DNA from: an uncultured Rhodospirillales bacterium
GTDB taxonomy: Bacteria; Pseudomonadota; Alphaproteobacteria; RF32; CAG-239
Direction: 5' to 3'
Length of the DNA stretch: 64,000 nucleotides
Assembly: GCA_902761715.1 (NCBI GenBank)
Contig: CACWLK010000004.1
Location: forward strand, 17,122 to 81,121
Shown one piece after another: positions 9,121-20,458 of this stretch. Below the pieces are notes generated by a model. That model saw only the letters and a program-made list of their open reading frames with translations. It made no database searches and was not told the DNA's origin. The position numbers and the translations under genes were made by a program. The stretch's first letter is position 1; the number at the start of each line of letters is the position of its first letter.

Positions 9121-10851
9121 CTAAGCCTTGGGCATAACTTCCGGAGCCTCGATTCCCAAAAGGTACAAAAGTTTTACCAGTATATCCCTGGTCAGTTTGG
9201 CCAACCCCATACGTGAGCCGGCAACCTCTGCACTATCGGCACCTTTAATCGGCGATGCATTGTAAAAACTGCTGAAAGCCTGCGCCAAATTATATACATA
9301 ATCCGAAATAATACTCGGCTCCTTTTCTGCCTCACAACGCATAACCACGTTGCTTAGTTGTGCAATTTTCAACGCCAAATTTCTTTCTTCAGCATTGGTA
9401 ATCATTATCTTATGCGCTTTAATGTCACTATTTTTACGCATAACCGAATTTATTCTGGCAATTGCATACTGAATATATGGACCGGTTTTGCCCTCAAAGT
9501 TAGCAAAATCATCCAACTCAAACACATATCCCGAAGCAATATTGTTCTTCAAATCTTGGAACTTAATCGCTCCTATTGCCACTTGTGAAATCAGTTTATC
9601 AAGCTCAGGCTCGCTCAAGCCGCTTTCAGCACCGGCTTTTGGCATAGATTCCGCTACTTTTTCTTTTGACATCTTAATCATGTCTGACAGATTCATCACG
9701 CCGCCGTCACGTGTCTTAAACGGTTTTCCGTCAGCACCGTTAACCGTGCCAAAACCGATATGTTTCAACTTTACATTAGGCGCAATCCCGAGCTTTTCTA
9801 CCGTTTCAAAAACTTGTTCAAAGTGCAGAGATTGACGCTTATCAACAAAATAAACTATTTCATCAGCTTTCAAGTCATCAACACGCATCTTAATCGTTGC
9901 AATATCGGTTGCCTGATATGTAAAACCCCCGTCTGATTTTTCAATAATTACCGGTGGTTTAGGCTTATTTTCCTCATCAAGCCGAATAATATATGCTCCG
10001 TCATCAAATTCAAGCAGCCCCTTATCCTCGGCAATCTTTTTAATTTCAAAACATGTTTTATGTGCATCAGATTCTCCCAACCAGAGGTCAAAATGCACTC
10101 CAAGTTCTTTATAATTTTCTTTAACCGCATCTACCGACACTTTTCTGATATGTTTCCACGCTTTTGTATATTCAGCATCTCCGTCCTGAAACTTAGCGGT
10201 AATTATTCTGGCTGTTTCTTTAGCTTTTTCGTCTTCTTTACAGCGAATATTCGCCTTTTTATAAAATGCCGTAATCTCCGCAATATTATAATTTTCCATT
10301 TTATCAAGGTTGCCATCATGTGCGATAACTTCAGCCAAAATCATACCGATAGGTGTACCCCAGTCGCCGAAATGCACATCCGAAATCGGTTTATTTCCGA
10401 CAAATTCCTCGATTCTGCGCATTGCTTCACCGATAACGCCGGAGCGCAGGTGTCCCACATGCATTTCTTTTGCCACATTCGGCCCGCCATAATCCATCAC
10501 GACAGTTTTAGGCTCTTTAACTTTTGCACAACCGAAACGCTCATCACCGGCCATCTCGTCCATAACTTTGGCAATACTTTCATCTTTAAGTGTCAAATTC
10601 AAAAACCCAGGACCGTCAACCGAAACTTTTGCAAAATCACCATCTTCTGACAATTTGGCGGCAATCATCTCGCCGATTTGACGAGGATTCTTTTTTTCAA
10701 TCTTTGCCAATGCCAATGCACCATTACACTGAAAATCACTTAAATCCGGACGATCCGAATTTTTCACCGTTGCAAACTTGGTATCAAACCCCAATTCTTC
10801 AAATATCTTTTCCAGTTTTTTATTTATTTTTTCATCTAAAATACAAGTCAT
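9121..10851 (-). CDS. argS: Arginine--tRNA ligase
   Basis: About 576 aa with the class I HIGH motif (HVGHLRS), an ArgRS N-terminal domain and a DALR anticodon-binding C-terminus. The start is placed at MTCILDEK. Confidence 0.9.
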   Translation of the reverse strand: MTCILDEKINKKLEKIFEELGFDTKFATVKNSDRPDLSDFQCNGALALAKIEKKNPRQIGEMIAAKLSEDGDFAKVSVDGPGFLNLTLKDESIAKVMDEMAGDERFGCAKVKEPKTVVMDYGGPNVAKEMHVGHLRSGVIGEAMRRIEEFVGNKPISDVHFGDWGTPIGMILAEVIAHDGNLDKMENYNIAEITAFYKKANIRCKEDEKAKETARIITAKFQDGDAEYTKAWKHIRKVSVDAVKENYKELGVHFDLWLGESDAHKTCFEIKKIAEDKGLLEFDDGAYIIRLDEENKPKPPVIIEKSDGGFTYQATDIATIKMRVDDLKADEIVYFVDKRQSLHFEQVFETVEKLGIAPNVKLKHIGFGTVNGADGKPFKTRDGGVMNLSDMIKMSKEKVAESMPKAGAESGLSEPELDKLISQVAIGAIKFQDLKNNIASGYVFELDDFANFEGKTGPYIQYAIARINSVMRKNSDIKAHKIMITNAEERNLALKIAQLSNVVMRCEAEKEPSIISDYVYNLAQAFSSFYNASPIKGADSAEVAGSRMGLAKLTRDILVKLLYLLGIEAPEVMPKA

Positions 10852-10865
10852 TATTTTTTCTCTTT

Positions 10866-11195
10866 TTATCTTACACATTGAAATTTAGCTTTGGTCGGAG
10901 TCATAATTCGGCATGAAAAATGCTCTTCTTCATCAAGTTTTGCCACTATTCCGGTATCATATTTAACACACTCGACATCAGCCATTTTTTGCACTTCTTC
11001 AAAACTTGTTTTCCAACCGTTATAACATACTACGGGAGCCTCAGTCGTTGAGCTTCCGACATACAAATCGTCTTTAGGTCTTCCGGCTTCTCGTCGTCGG
11101 TCCACAAAAGGTTCAGTCAACGAACAAGCTGTGGCTACAAATAACAGCATCCATAAAACGCTAAATTTTACCCTAGACAATTTTAAAATCTCCAT
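10866..11195 (-). CDS. Small putative lipoprotein, unknown function
   Basis: MEILKLSRVKFSVLWMLLFVATAC has a lipobox-like ATAC. The mature part has 4 further Cys. It lies just upstream of argS on the same strand. Confidence 0.4.
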   Translation of the reverse strand: MEILKLSRVKFSVLWMLLFVATACSLTEPFVDRRREAGRPKDDLYVGSSTTEAPVVCYNGWKTSFEEVQKMADVECVKYDTGIVAKLDEEEHFSCRIMTPTKAKFQCVR

Positions 11196-11240
11196 TACAT
11201 TAAAAACACTGCCTAACAATTTAATATGAAGAAGTAAAAA

Positions 11241-11846
11241 ATGCAAAGCCAAAATAAATATATTGGTGATGATAAATTCACAAAACTGCTCGAACATTAC
11301 CAGTGTCCGGCGGAACTGCCTTTGATAAAACTTCGTTTTGCCGGAGCTATCTGCAGCCCCAATCTTGATTTACGCCCTACTGATGTCATATCTTCCCTGT
11401 GGCCGCAAAACCAACAACCTCGCCTTCAAACCAAAGAAGAAGCTGAGCTGTTTTTCAAATTTTTCATGGGATTATGGGACGAAATTTTTGAACAGGTCAA
11501 ACTCAACAAAATTGAGCTTCCGCCTTTCAAAATTAAAAATGAGCAAGACCTTATTTCGACCTGTGCCGGTCGCCGTGAGTTAGTAGAAAACGGTTGGCTT
11601 GAAGGTTTTTGGGGCGGATGTGAAAACATTCAATGCCCCAGCTACATTGCCCAAATTCTCGATTCTCTTGCCGACTTAGCTGCCTTGTATGGACAACTTT
11701 CCACTCGCAACCTCAAGAATTCGGAATTTGACAATCTGGTCAAAACTGTCAACCATACCGACAAAATGGTCAATCGCTCGATCGCTTTTATAATTGAAAA
11801 CTATGTCTTACCACGCTTTGAAAAAATACAATCAAAAACAAATTAG
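11241..11846 (+). CDS. Hypothetical protein, possibly UPF0149/YecA-N-like
   Basis: 201 aa. The segment LRFAGAICSPNLDLRPTDVISSLW resembles the UPF0149 core as I remember it. This is a weak assignment. Confidence 0.35.
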   Translation: MQSQNKYIGDDKFTKLLEHYQCPAELPLIKLRFAGAICSPNLDLRPTDVISSLWPQNQQPRLQTKEEAELFFKFFMGLWDEIFEQVKLNKIELPPFKIKNEQDLISTCAGRRELVENGWLEGFWGGCENIQCPSYIAQILDSLADLAALYGQLSTRNLKNSEFDNLVKTVNHTDKMVNRSIAFIIENYVLPRFEKIQSKTN

Positions 11847-11855
11847 GAGTAAAAC

Positions 11856-12389
11856 ATGGAATTATATCAAGGACTTCTAACCCGACGTTCTGTCCGCAAA
11901 TATCAAGACCGCAAAATTCCTCGTCAGGAGCTCGAAGAGATAATTAAAGCGGCGCAATACGCTCCGTCTGCTCATAACAAACAACCGTGGGAATTTTTGG
12001 TTATTGAAGACCGTCAAACCTTGAGTTCATTACGCTCGGTTCAGCGCTGGACCTCATTTGCTAAAGATGCATCTTGTGCAATTATTGTTTGCGGCAACAC
12101 CGAACAAACTTTTAGACGCGACAAAGACGGCGAAAAATGGGACTATGCCGATATTGACTGCTCACTTGCTGCACAAAATCTCATGCTTGCCGCTCATTCC
12201 AAGGGTATCGGCAGTTGCTTCTGCGGTGCCTCACCCATGCCCTTAGTCGTTGACGGATTACGCAAACTTTTGGACTTGCCACAACACATCAGACCGGTTG
12301 CTATCATCATTATGGGTTATCCTGACGAACAACCATCACAACCGGCTGACCGCTACAATCCTGCCAAAATTCATTGGGAAAAATGGTAA
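11856..12389 (+). CDS. Nitroreductase family protein
   Basis: N-terminus LLTRRSVRKYQDRKIPRQELEEIIKAAQYAPSAHNKQPWEFLVI is a classic FMN nitroreductase signature. Confidence 0.82.
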   Translation: MELYQGLLTRRSVRKYQDRKIPRQELEEIIKAAQYAPSAHNKQPWEFLVIEDRQTLSSLRSVQRWTSFAKDASCAIIVCGNTEQTFRRDKDGEKWDYADIDCSLAAQNLMLAAHSKGIGSCFCGASPMPLVVDGLRKLLDLPQHIRPVAIIIMGYPDEQPSQPADRYNPAKIHWEKW

Positions 12390-13010
12390 TCAGATAATTC
12401 CCATTTTTTGCGCCGTTATAACCGCCTGAGTGCGGTTATTGGCGCCAACCGAACGCAACAGCGCATTTATATGCAATTTAACGGTTGCCTCAGAAACACC
12501 GATTTCATAGGCAATTTGTTTGTTTGAAAGCCCTTGCGCCACCAAATTTAAAACCTGATTTTGCCGGCTTGTCAGCATTTTGGACTGCCGCCCCTGATAA
12601 ACCGGAGAATTTTTATTAAGTAAAGTCGGTGGAATATATGTTCCGCCCTCGGCAATCAGTTTTAAGGCATTTAATAAAATTTTGCTTTCTGCACGTTTGC
12701 TGATATATCCGCTTGCCCCTTTTTCAAGGGCATTTCGAATATTTCTCGGATTCTCTGCCGCTGACACCACCACTAATCTGGCATCACCGGCTGACTTTTT
12801 AAGTTCATCGATTCCCTGTTCCCACGACGGTAAATCGTGCATTTCCAAATCAGCAACCACCATATCAAAATGCGGTTCCGTATCCAAAATTTTTAGTGTT
12901 TGAAGATAGTTTGCGGCCTGAATCACTGTAGCCGAATTATCAAGACTTTCAATTAACTTGCCCAACGCATCGCGAAAAAGTGCATGATCATCAGCAATTA
13001 AAACTTTCAT
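12390..13010 (-). CDS. NarL/FixJ (LuxR-type HTH) response regulator
   Basis: Receiver domain (KVLIADDH..., acceptor region MVVADLEMHD) plus a LuxR HTH (LTSRQNQVLNLVAQGLSNKQIAYEIGVSEATVKLHI). No histidine kinase gene is adjacent. Confidence 0.85.
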   Translation of the reverse strand: MKVLIADDHALFRDALGKLIESLDNSATVIQAANYLQTLKILDTEPHFDMVVADLEMHDLPSWEQGIDELKKSAGDARLVVVSAAENPRNIRNALEKGASGYISKRAESKILLNALKLIAEGGTYIPPTLLNKNSPVYQGRQSKMLTSRQNQVLNLVAQGLSNKQIAYEIGVSEATVKLHINALLRSVGANNRTQAVITAQKMGII

Positions 13011-13097
13011 AAAACCTCCTCAAAACTCTATTATCTGCTCTAAAATCTTCAACAGATGTAATCACTTAGAGTTCGGGTTTAAAGAGGTTTAAGAACT

Positions 13098-13553
13098 TTA
13101 TTTTAATATTTTATACTCGACACCGGCTTCTTTGAACATTTGTTCCGAATAGCACAGTTTGTCACGCCAGGTTCCGCTCGGAGTATTACCGTCAATTTTC
13201 ATCTCATTGGTAACTACCATTTTTATTCCGGCCTGAATAATCGCCCGAGCACAATCGGTGCAAGGCGGATGAGTCGCATAAAGTACACAGCCTTTCAAAC
13301 TGGTTCCGGTCAAGCAAGCATTGTATATAGCATTACGCTCGGCGTGCTCAAAAAAATCATACTTTGTCGGACGTTCCAGCCTTTCGGGAATATTGTCATC
13401 AACCCCGCGAACCAACCCGTTATATCCGGTTGCCCTAATTTCCCTATCCGGACCGACAACCACCGCACCGGTTTTGGTACTTGTATCTTTTGACCAACTG
13501 GCAATCAGCTTTGCCAGTTCCATAAAACGATAATGCCATTTATCCGAAAACAT
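13098..13553 (-). CDS. dCMP deaminase (ComEB-type cytidine/deoxycytidylate deaminase)
   Basis: 151 aa with zinc motifs HAERNAI and PCTDCARAI. Confidence 0.8.
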   Translation of the reverse strand: MFSDKWHYRFMELAKLIASWSKDTSTKTGAVVVGPDREIRATGYNGLVRGVDDNIPERLERPTKYDFFEHAERNAIYNACLTGTSLKGCVLYATHPPCTDCARAIIQAGIKMVVTNEMKIDGNTPSGTWRDKLCYSEQMFKEAGVEYKILK

Positions 13554-13689
13554 ATTTTGCTCCTTTCGGTTATTACAACAAAAATTCTAGATACTTCTTA
13601 TGGTTAGAGCAAATATTTTTTGCAAAGTTTTAACAAAAACTAAATGCAACTATTGACAAATGGCGCAAAATAGCAGACTACTATTCTAG

Positions 13690-14994
<1,305 letters not shown>

Positions 14995-15012
14995 TCTTTC
15001 AAGGTTCGCATC

Positions 15013-15047
15013 AAAAAAAGCACCGTTTCAACACGGTGCTTTTTTTA
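15013..15047. terminator. Rho-independent terminator after eno
   Basis: The stem AGCACCG/CGGTGCT (15019-15025 and 15034-15040) is followed by a T6 run and preceded by an A7 run. Confidence 0.75.
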
Positions 15048-15060
15048 TTTTTCTTTAGTT

Positions 15061-15218
15061 CAAAAAACTCGGAGAACGAGTCAAATAATAAGAAACTCCT
15101 CACCTTAAAACGCGAAGAACCGTTTAGATAAAGTCAAAATAAAAAGAGGAAAAATTTTAGTGTACCCAGTAGTACATGAATTTTTCCTCTTTGAAATTTT
15201 GGCTTTAGATGAGCGGTT
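15061..15218. repeat. Modular hairpin repeat, copy A (same family as 25921-26150); probable pgk terminator
   Basis: The module starts AAAACTCGGAGAA. The core GTTTAGATAAAGTCAAAATAAAAAGAGGAAAAATTTTAGTGTACCCAGTAGTACATGAATTTTTCCTCTT contains a perfect 13-bp stem (15144-15156 and 15179-15191). On the minus strand the stem is followed by a T-run. An outer imperfect inverted repeat (15118-15140 and 15196-15218) touches the pgk stop codon. Confidence 0.7.
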
Positions 15219-16428
15219 ATGCGCGTTTTAATACGGCAACTCCGGGCAACTCCTTCCCTTCCATCCACTCCAGAAAAGCTCCGCCTGCAGTAGAAATGTA
15301 GGAAAATTTATTGGCCACGCCGGCATTTTCCAAAGCCGAGACCGTATCACCGCCACCGGCTACTGACATAAGTTTTCCGGCGGATGTCAATTCTGCCGCA
15401 TGTTGAGCAACTTTGTTGGTGGCATTGTCGAACGGTTTCATCTCAAACACGCCGAGCGGCCCGTTCCAAACCAGAGTTTTGCACTCATCAAGTTTAGCGT
15501 TGATTGAAGCAATGGTTTTTTCACCGACATCAAGCAAATGACCGCCATCGGCCGGAATTTCATTTACTCCGAAGGTTTTATGCTCGGCATTAACCGCAAA
15601 CTCTTTAGCAACAACCACATCATCCGGAAGAACAATTTCGCAGTTATTAGCTTTTGCAACAGACATAATTTCTTTTGCGGTATCAATCATATCCATTTGT
15701 ACCAACGAATTTGCCTCATTGACGGCGTCAATTCCGCTGGCTTTCATAAAAGTATGAGCCATACCGCCGGAAATAACCAGCTTATCAACTTTCTTAACCA
15801 AATTATTAAGCAAATCCAATTTGGTAGAAACCTTTGAACCGCCGACAATCGCAATCAACGGACGAGTCGGGTTTGATAAAGCTCCCTCAAGAGCCTTAAC
15901 TTCTTCTTCCATCAAACGACCCATTGCCGCCGGGCGTTCTTTTGCGGCAGCAACCATTGACGCATGGGCGCGGTGAGCGGTTGAAAAAGCGTCTGAAACA
16001 TAAACATCTGCCGGTTTAACCAACTCTCTGGCAAAATCTTCATTGCCTTTCTTTTCCTCGTCATAAAAACGTAGATTTTCAAGCAACAAAACTTCGTCAT
16101 TGCTCATTTTGGCAACAGCGGTGCTGACTTTTTCACCGATACAGTCGTCAACAAACACAACTTTTTTGCCCAAGGCTTTCTGCAAATCACCGACAATATG
16201 TTGCAGGGAATTTTTCATGTCGCCTTTGCCTTCCGGACGGCCGAAGTGCGAAATCACAACTACTTTTGCCCCTTTGCTCATCAATTCTTTGATTGTCGGA
16301 ACCGTACGATCAATACGGGCAGTATTTGTAACCTTAAAATCCTCACTCATCGGCACATTCAAATCAGCACGCAGCATAGCGACTTTGCCCTGCAAATTGC
16401 CCAAATCATCAATAGTTTTATAATTCAT
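15217..16428 (-). CDS. pgk: Phosphoglycerate kinase
   Basis: 403 aa. RADLNVP, ISHFGRP and GGGDT motifs. Confidence 0.96.
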   Translation of the reverse strand: MNYKTIDDLGNLQGKVAMLRADLNVPMSEDFKVTNTARIDRTVPTIKELMSKGAKVVVISHFGRPEGKGDMKNSLQHIVGDLQKALGKKVVFVDDCIGEKVSTAVAKMSNDEVLLLENLRFYDEEKKGNEDFARELVKPADVYVSDAFSTAHRAHASMVAAAKERPAAMGRLMEEEVKALEGALSNPTRPLIAIVGGSKVSTKLDLLNNLVKKVDKLVISGGMAHTFMKASGIDAVNEANSLVQMDMIDTAKEIMSVAKANNCEIVLPDDVVVAKEFAVNAEHKTFGVNEIPADGGHLLDVGEKTIASINAKLDECKTLVWNGPLGVFEMKPFDNATNKVAQHAAELTSAGKLMSVAGGGDTVSALENAGVANKFSYISTAGGAFLEWMEGKELPGVAVLKRA

Positions 16429-16501
16429 ATTATTTATCCTTTAATCTTTTTAAACATAGACCGGCAGGATTACTGCCGGTCTCATTTTGCAACAATCGGA
16501 A

Positions 16502-17578
<1,077 letters not shown>

Positions 17579-17670
17579 TTAGCACGAATAGATTCATTTT
17601 CAAGCGATTTTTGTGTTTTCAAAAAAAATTACAATATTGTTTCATTTTCTCGATTCTGTACCGCTTCATA

Positions 17671-17699
17671 TTGACTTTTACTGTTTTTTAACGTATAAT
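17671..17699 (+). promoter_or_regulatory. Sigma70-type promoter of Cys-rich paralog 1 (TTGACT-17 nt-TATAAT)
   Basis: TTGACT at 17671-17676, a 17-nt spacer and TATAAT at 17694-17699, about 40 nt upstream of the ATG at 17740. The 32-nt stretch 17668-17699 is identical to 20384-20415. Confidence 0.7.
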
Positions 17700-17739
17700 G
17701 AACTATAGTGCGCACGTGGTATTATTGGGGAGACTGGTC

Positions 17740-20289
17740 ATGACAAAATCACTCAAATATATAGCAACCTCAATGCTGTTTGCCTGCGGTTGTTTTTGGA
17801 CTTTATCAGCCAACGCTAATGTATGTTTTCTCCCCAGAGGCAATTGCGCAGACTCTGAAGTTTCCGGCATAGATATAAACCCTGATGACCTTGCCAGTAA
17901 ATGTGTAGTCGATGGCTATACAACACGTAAAACCGACTGCGTTTCTCCGCAACAAATCGGTGATTATTGCCCTTATGACAACAATTGGGTAAAATGTTGC
18001 GGGGCCGAATATACCTTACAATGCGAAAGCACAAACATAGTTCTTGATAAATGCGGAAAATTAGTAAAATGCGGTTGTGCTGAAGAATTCAACTATATAG
18101 AACAAACAATCACTGAAGACAACAAGCCAAAAATTGTTTGCCGACGTTATAACCCTTTGAGTAGACCTTTTGACAACAGTCTTGCTGATTATGACAGCGG
18201 AATATGTTACCTTCCTACCTATGAAAACGGCAACCTGACTACTGTTGCTCTATACAAAGGCTGTATTTGTGACCCTACCATTTATCCCCGCACCCAAACA
18301 ATCTGCAAAGCTCGTGGCATGATTGGTGGTGGAACCGTATGTAAAGACAGCAGTCCTCAAGGAACTGAACGTTTTACTAAATGTGTATGTGCTGAAACCA
18401 TTCTCACAGATTCATGTGATTACGGTGTTCCGCCATCGGCTACTCAATGTACGTCTGAAGAGGGGGTACAATATACCTCTACCTGTTGTCAATGTAATGC
18501 TTCACAGTATCCATACACTACCATCCCGCCTGAGGTTGACACATACACCTCCTGCCGCAGTTTTCAAAATTGCAGCGGCGGGAACAGTGACCGCTATAGA
18601 GCCAAATCCTGCAAACCTGGCTATGAAGTCAACGAAAGTACCGGTAAATGTGAGCTCCAGACTTGTTCAAAGGCGTTAAAAGCATACTTAAAATACAGCT
18701 CCAACTCCTCTTACGGACTCCTTACCGCCAATGGTGTAGTTGACATTGATGGCAACACCAGCAACGCCACAAAAGTTATTGTGGCTGATGATGTAACCAT
18801 CACTACCCAAAGTACTAACGGTTCGTCATCAAGCAGTGGTGGTTATTATATGTGCAGACAGCGCACCTGTATCAAAAACTACGGCAGAACAGAATATTAC
18901 CAAGATACCGACAACTGTATGTGCATAAACTGCTGCCTTGAAAATCACATGAACGGCGATGCTCTTGAACAGTGCGAAATGTATCATCCTTGCAATTACA
19001 GTCAGTTGTATCCTTATAGTCAGTATGACACTGTTTGCAAACCCAATTACGATTATGTTTGTACTGACAAAGTATATAAAACCAGTTATTCAACTTCTAC
19101 TAACTATAAGGGCTTGGTAAACTCCAGTGCTACACAGTACATATCCGCCAGAGAGTTCTTAAATACCAATGCGGTCAATGATCCGCTTGCCGCCACAGCA
19201 AAGATGGTTTGTAACAACACGCCTACCATCACCTATACTGCGTCAACATTTCCTGCCAATGACACAGCTTCAGCAAGCAATCAGACCCTTAAGTTTTCTG
19301 ATGTTATTCTTAAGTTCTCAAGAACAACTAATTCTTACCGTAACCTTCAGTTAACGGATGGTGGTCTAAACATTACCGGAACACTTTATACCTATGGTCC
19401 GGTATCGATGAGCTCCTCATCGAGCAGTGGCAGTGTTGATATTACCGGAAAACTGGAAGTTATGGATAGTTTTACTTCTTCCGGATATTCTTATAATGAA
19501 TCATCATCTTATGGTTCCGGAACCATAAACATCTTGATTCCGGCAAAATATCGTAGCTCGAACCCGGCCCGCTTTACATTCGGTTCCGGACAGGTATTCA
19601 AAGTCAGCAATCTGGCAATTTCTTCCGCAACAGATCAGTATATGACTACTCATAGCGGTATTACTACTGCTATTGTCAACCAATATTTGCCTCTTGCATA
19701 CCCATATACTGCAACAATAGATTTTGAAGGTCCTTCATCATCTGGTACTGCTAATGTTTACACCAACCTTTCTCTTGGTTACATACCCGGCAGAACACTG
19801 CGCACCAGTTTTCTTACCCTTCGTATGTCCGGCAACCTTGACTGGAACATGTCCGGCAGATACGCCAATCACACCATCGGCTTGAGCACCGGTAGCAAGA
19901 TATATTCTTCTGACTATGGTCATGGTAACTATGCTCGTATTTATAACGGAAGTAACAAATCATATGCATGGTGCAAAATGACAGACACAATCTATTACGG
20001 ACGTGACCGACATCGTTTCCTAGACTGTGAAGCTGATTCACATATAGAGAGCGTAGGAACTAACGAGCCATTGGGAGCATCATCTTACTACGCTTGCTAC
20101 ATCAGCAGTTCCGGTTCTACCTATCGCCAAGGCTCAGCCTTCACGGTTACTGTTAAACCTGATGGTGATTGCAGCAGAATAACCACTACATCTAACTATG
20201 GCTGCAGTTTTGACTACTCTAAAGGGCATGATGAAGCATATCATGGACCTAAGACCGGTGTCATGCTGACCTGTGGAGATTCTGACTAA
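17740..20289 (+). CDS. Secreted cysteine-rich protein, paralog 1 (~849 aa), unknown family
   Basis: GGGGAGA RBS upstream. Signal peptide MTKSLKYIATSMLFACGCFWTLSANA|NV has an AXA site; LFAC is also lipobox-like. I counted about 46 Cys in the mature chain by hand. It is paralogous to 20459-23005. I recognise no motif from any known family. Confidence 0.85.
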   Translation: MTKSLKYIATSMLFACGCFWTLSANANVCFLPRGNCADSEVSGIDINPDDLASKCVVDGYTTRKTDCVSPQQIGDYCPYDNNWVKCCGAEYTLQCESTNIVLDKCGKLVKCGCAEEFNYIEQTITEDNKPKIVCRRYNPLSRPFDNSLADYDSGICYLPTYENGNLTTVALYKGCICDPTIYPRTQTICKARGMIGGGTVCKDSSPQGTERFTKCVCAETILTDSCDYGVPPSATQCTSEEGVQYTSTCCQCNASQYPYTTIPPEVDTYTSCRSFQNCSGGNSDRYRAKSCKPGYEVNESTGKCELQTCSKALKAYLKYSSNSSYGLLTANGVVDIDGNTSNATKVIVADDVTITTQSTNGSSSSSGGYYMCRQRTCIKNYGRTEYYQDTDNCMCINCCLENHMNGDALEQCEMYHPCNYSQLYPYSQYDTVCKPNYDYVCTDKVYKTSYSTSTNYKGLVNSSATQYISAREFLNTNAVNDPLAATAKMVCNNTPTITYTASTFPANDTASASNQTLKFSDVILKFSRTTNSYRNLQLTDGGLNITGTLYTYGPVSMSSSSSSGSVDITGKLEVMDSFTSSGYSYNESSSYGSGTINILIPAKYRSSNPARFTFGSGQVFKVSNLAISSATDQYMTTHSGITTAIVNQYLPLAYPYTATIDFEGPSSSGTANVYTNLSLGYIPGRTLRTSFLTLRMSGNLDWNMSGRYANHTIGLSTGSKIYSSDYGHGNYARIYNGSNKSYAWCKMTDTIYYGRDRHRFLDCEADSHIESVGTNEPLGASSYYACYISSSGSTYRQGSAFTVTVKPDGDCSRITTTSNYGCSFDYSKGHDEAYHGPKTGVMLTCGDSD

Positions 20290-20310
20290 CATCAACAGGT
20301 GTTACTTTTT

Positions 20311-20356
20311 CAAAATCGGTATGAAATTGACTTTTCATGCCGATTTTGATTTTTAA
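20311..20356 (+). terminator. Rho-independent terminator after paralog 1
   Basis: A 16-bp stem CAAAATCGGTATGAAA/TTTCATGCCGATTTTG with one G-U pair, followed by ATTTTT. Confidence 0.75.
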
Positions 20357-20386
20357 ACAACTTTTCCGATTCTACTCCTCTTAATA

Positions 20387-20415
20387 TTGACTTTTACTGT
20401 TTTTTAACGTATAAT
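20387..20415 (+). promoter_or_regulatory. Sigma70-type promoter of Cys-rich paralog 2 (TTGACT-17 nt-TATAAT)
   Basis: TTGACT at 20387-20392, a 17-nt spacer and TATAAT at 20410-20415. It is identical to the paralog 1 promoter. Confidence 0.7.
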
Positions 20416-20458
20416 AAAATATAATGCGCGCAAAGGGTAAAACACAGGGAGGTTCATC

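Noticed and set aside
12390-13010. The orphan LuxR-type response regulator as part of a novel system.
   Set aside because: The receiver and HTH domains look canonical. Orphan NarL/FixJ regulators are common, and the neighbours (nitroreductase, dCMP deaminase) give no functional link.
17677-17693. A T6 tract in the promoter spacers (17684-17689 and 20400-20405) as a possible slipped-strand phase-variation switch.
   Set aside because: Six T residues are shorter than the tracts usually associated with phase variation, and both copies have the optimal 17-nt spacer. There is no evidence of length heterogeneity in a single sequence.
17698-17739. A longer N-terminus (MNYSAHVVLLGRLV...) for Cys-rich paralog 1.
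   Set aside because: That start codon lies inside the TATAAT -10 box. The ATG at 17740 has a GGGGAGA RBS, and the resulting signal peptide matches paralog 2.
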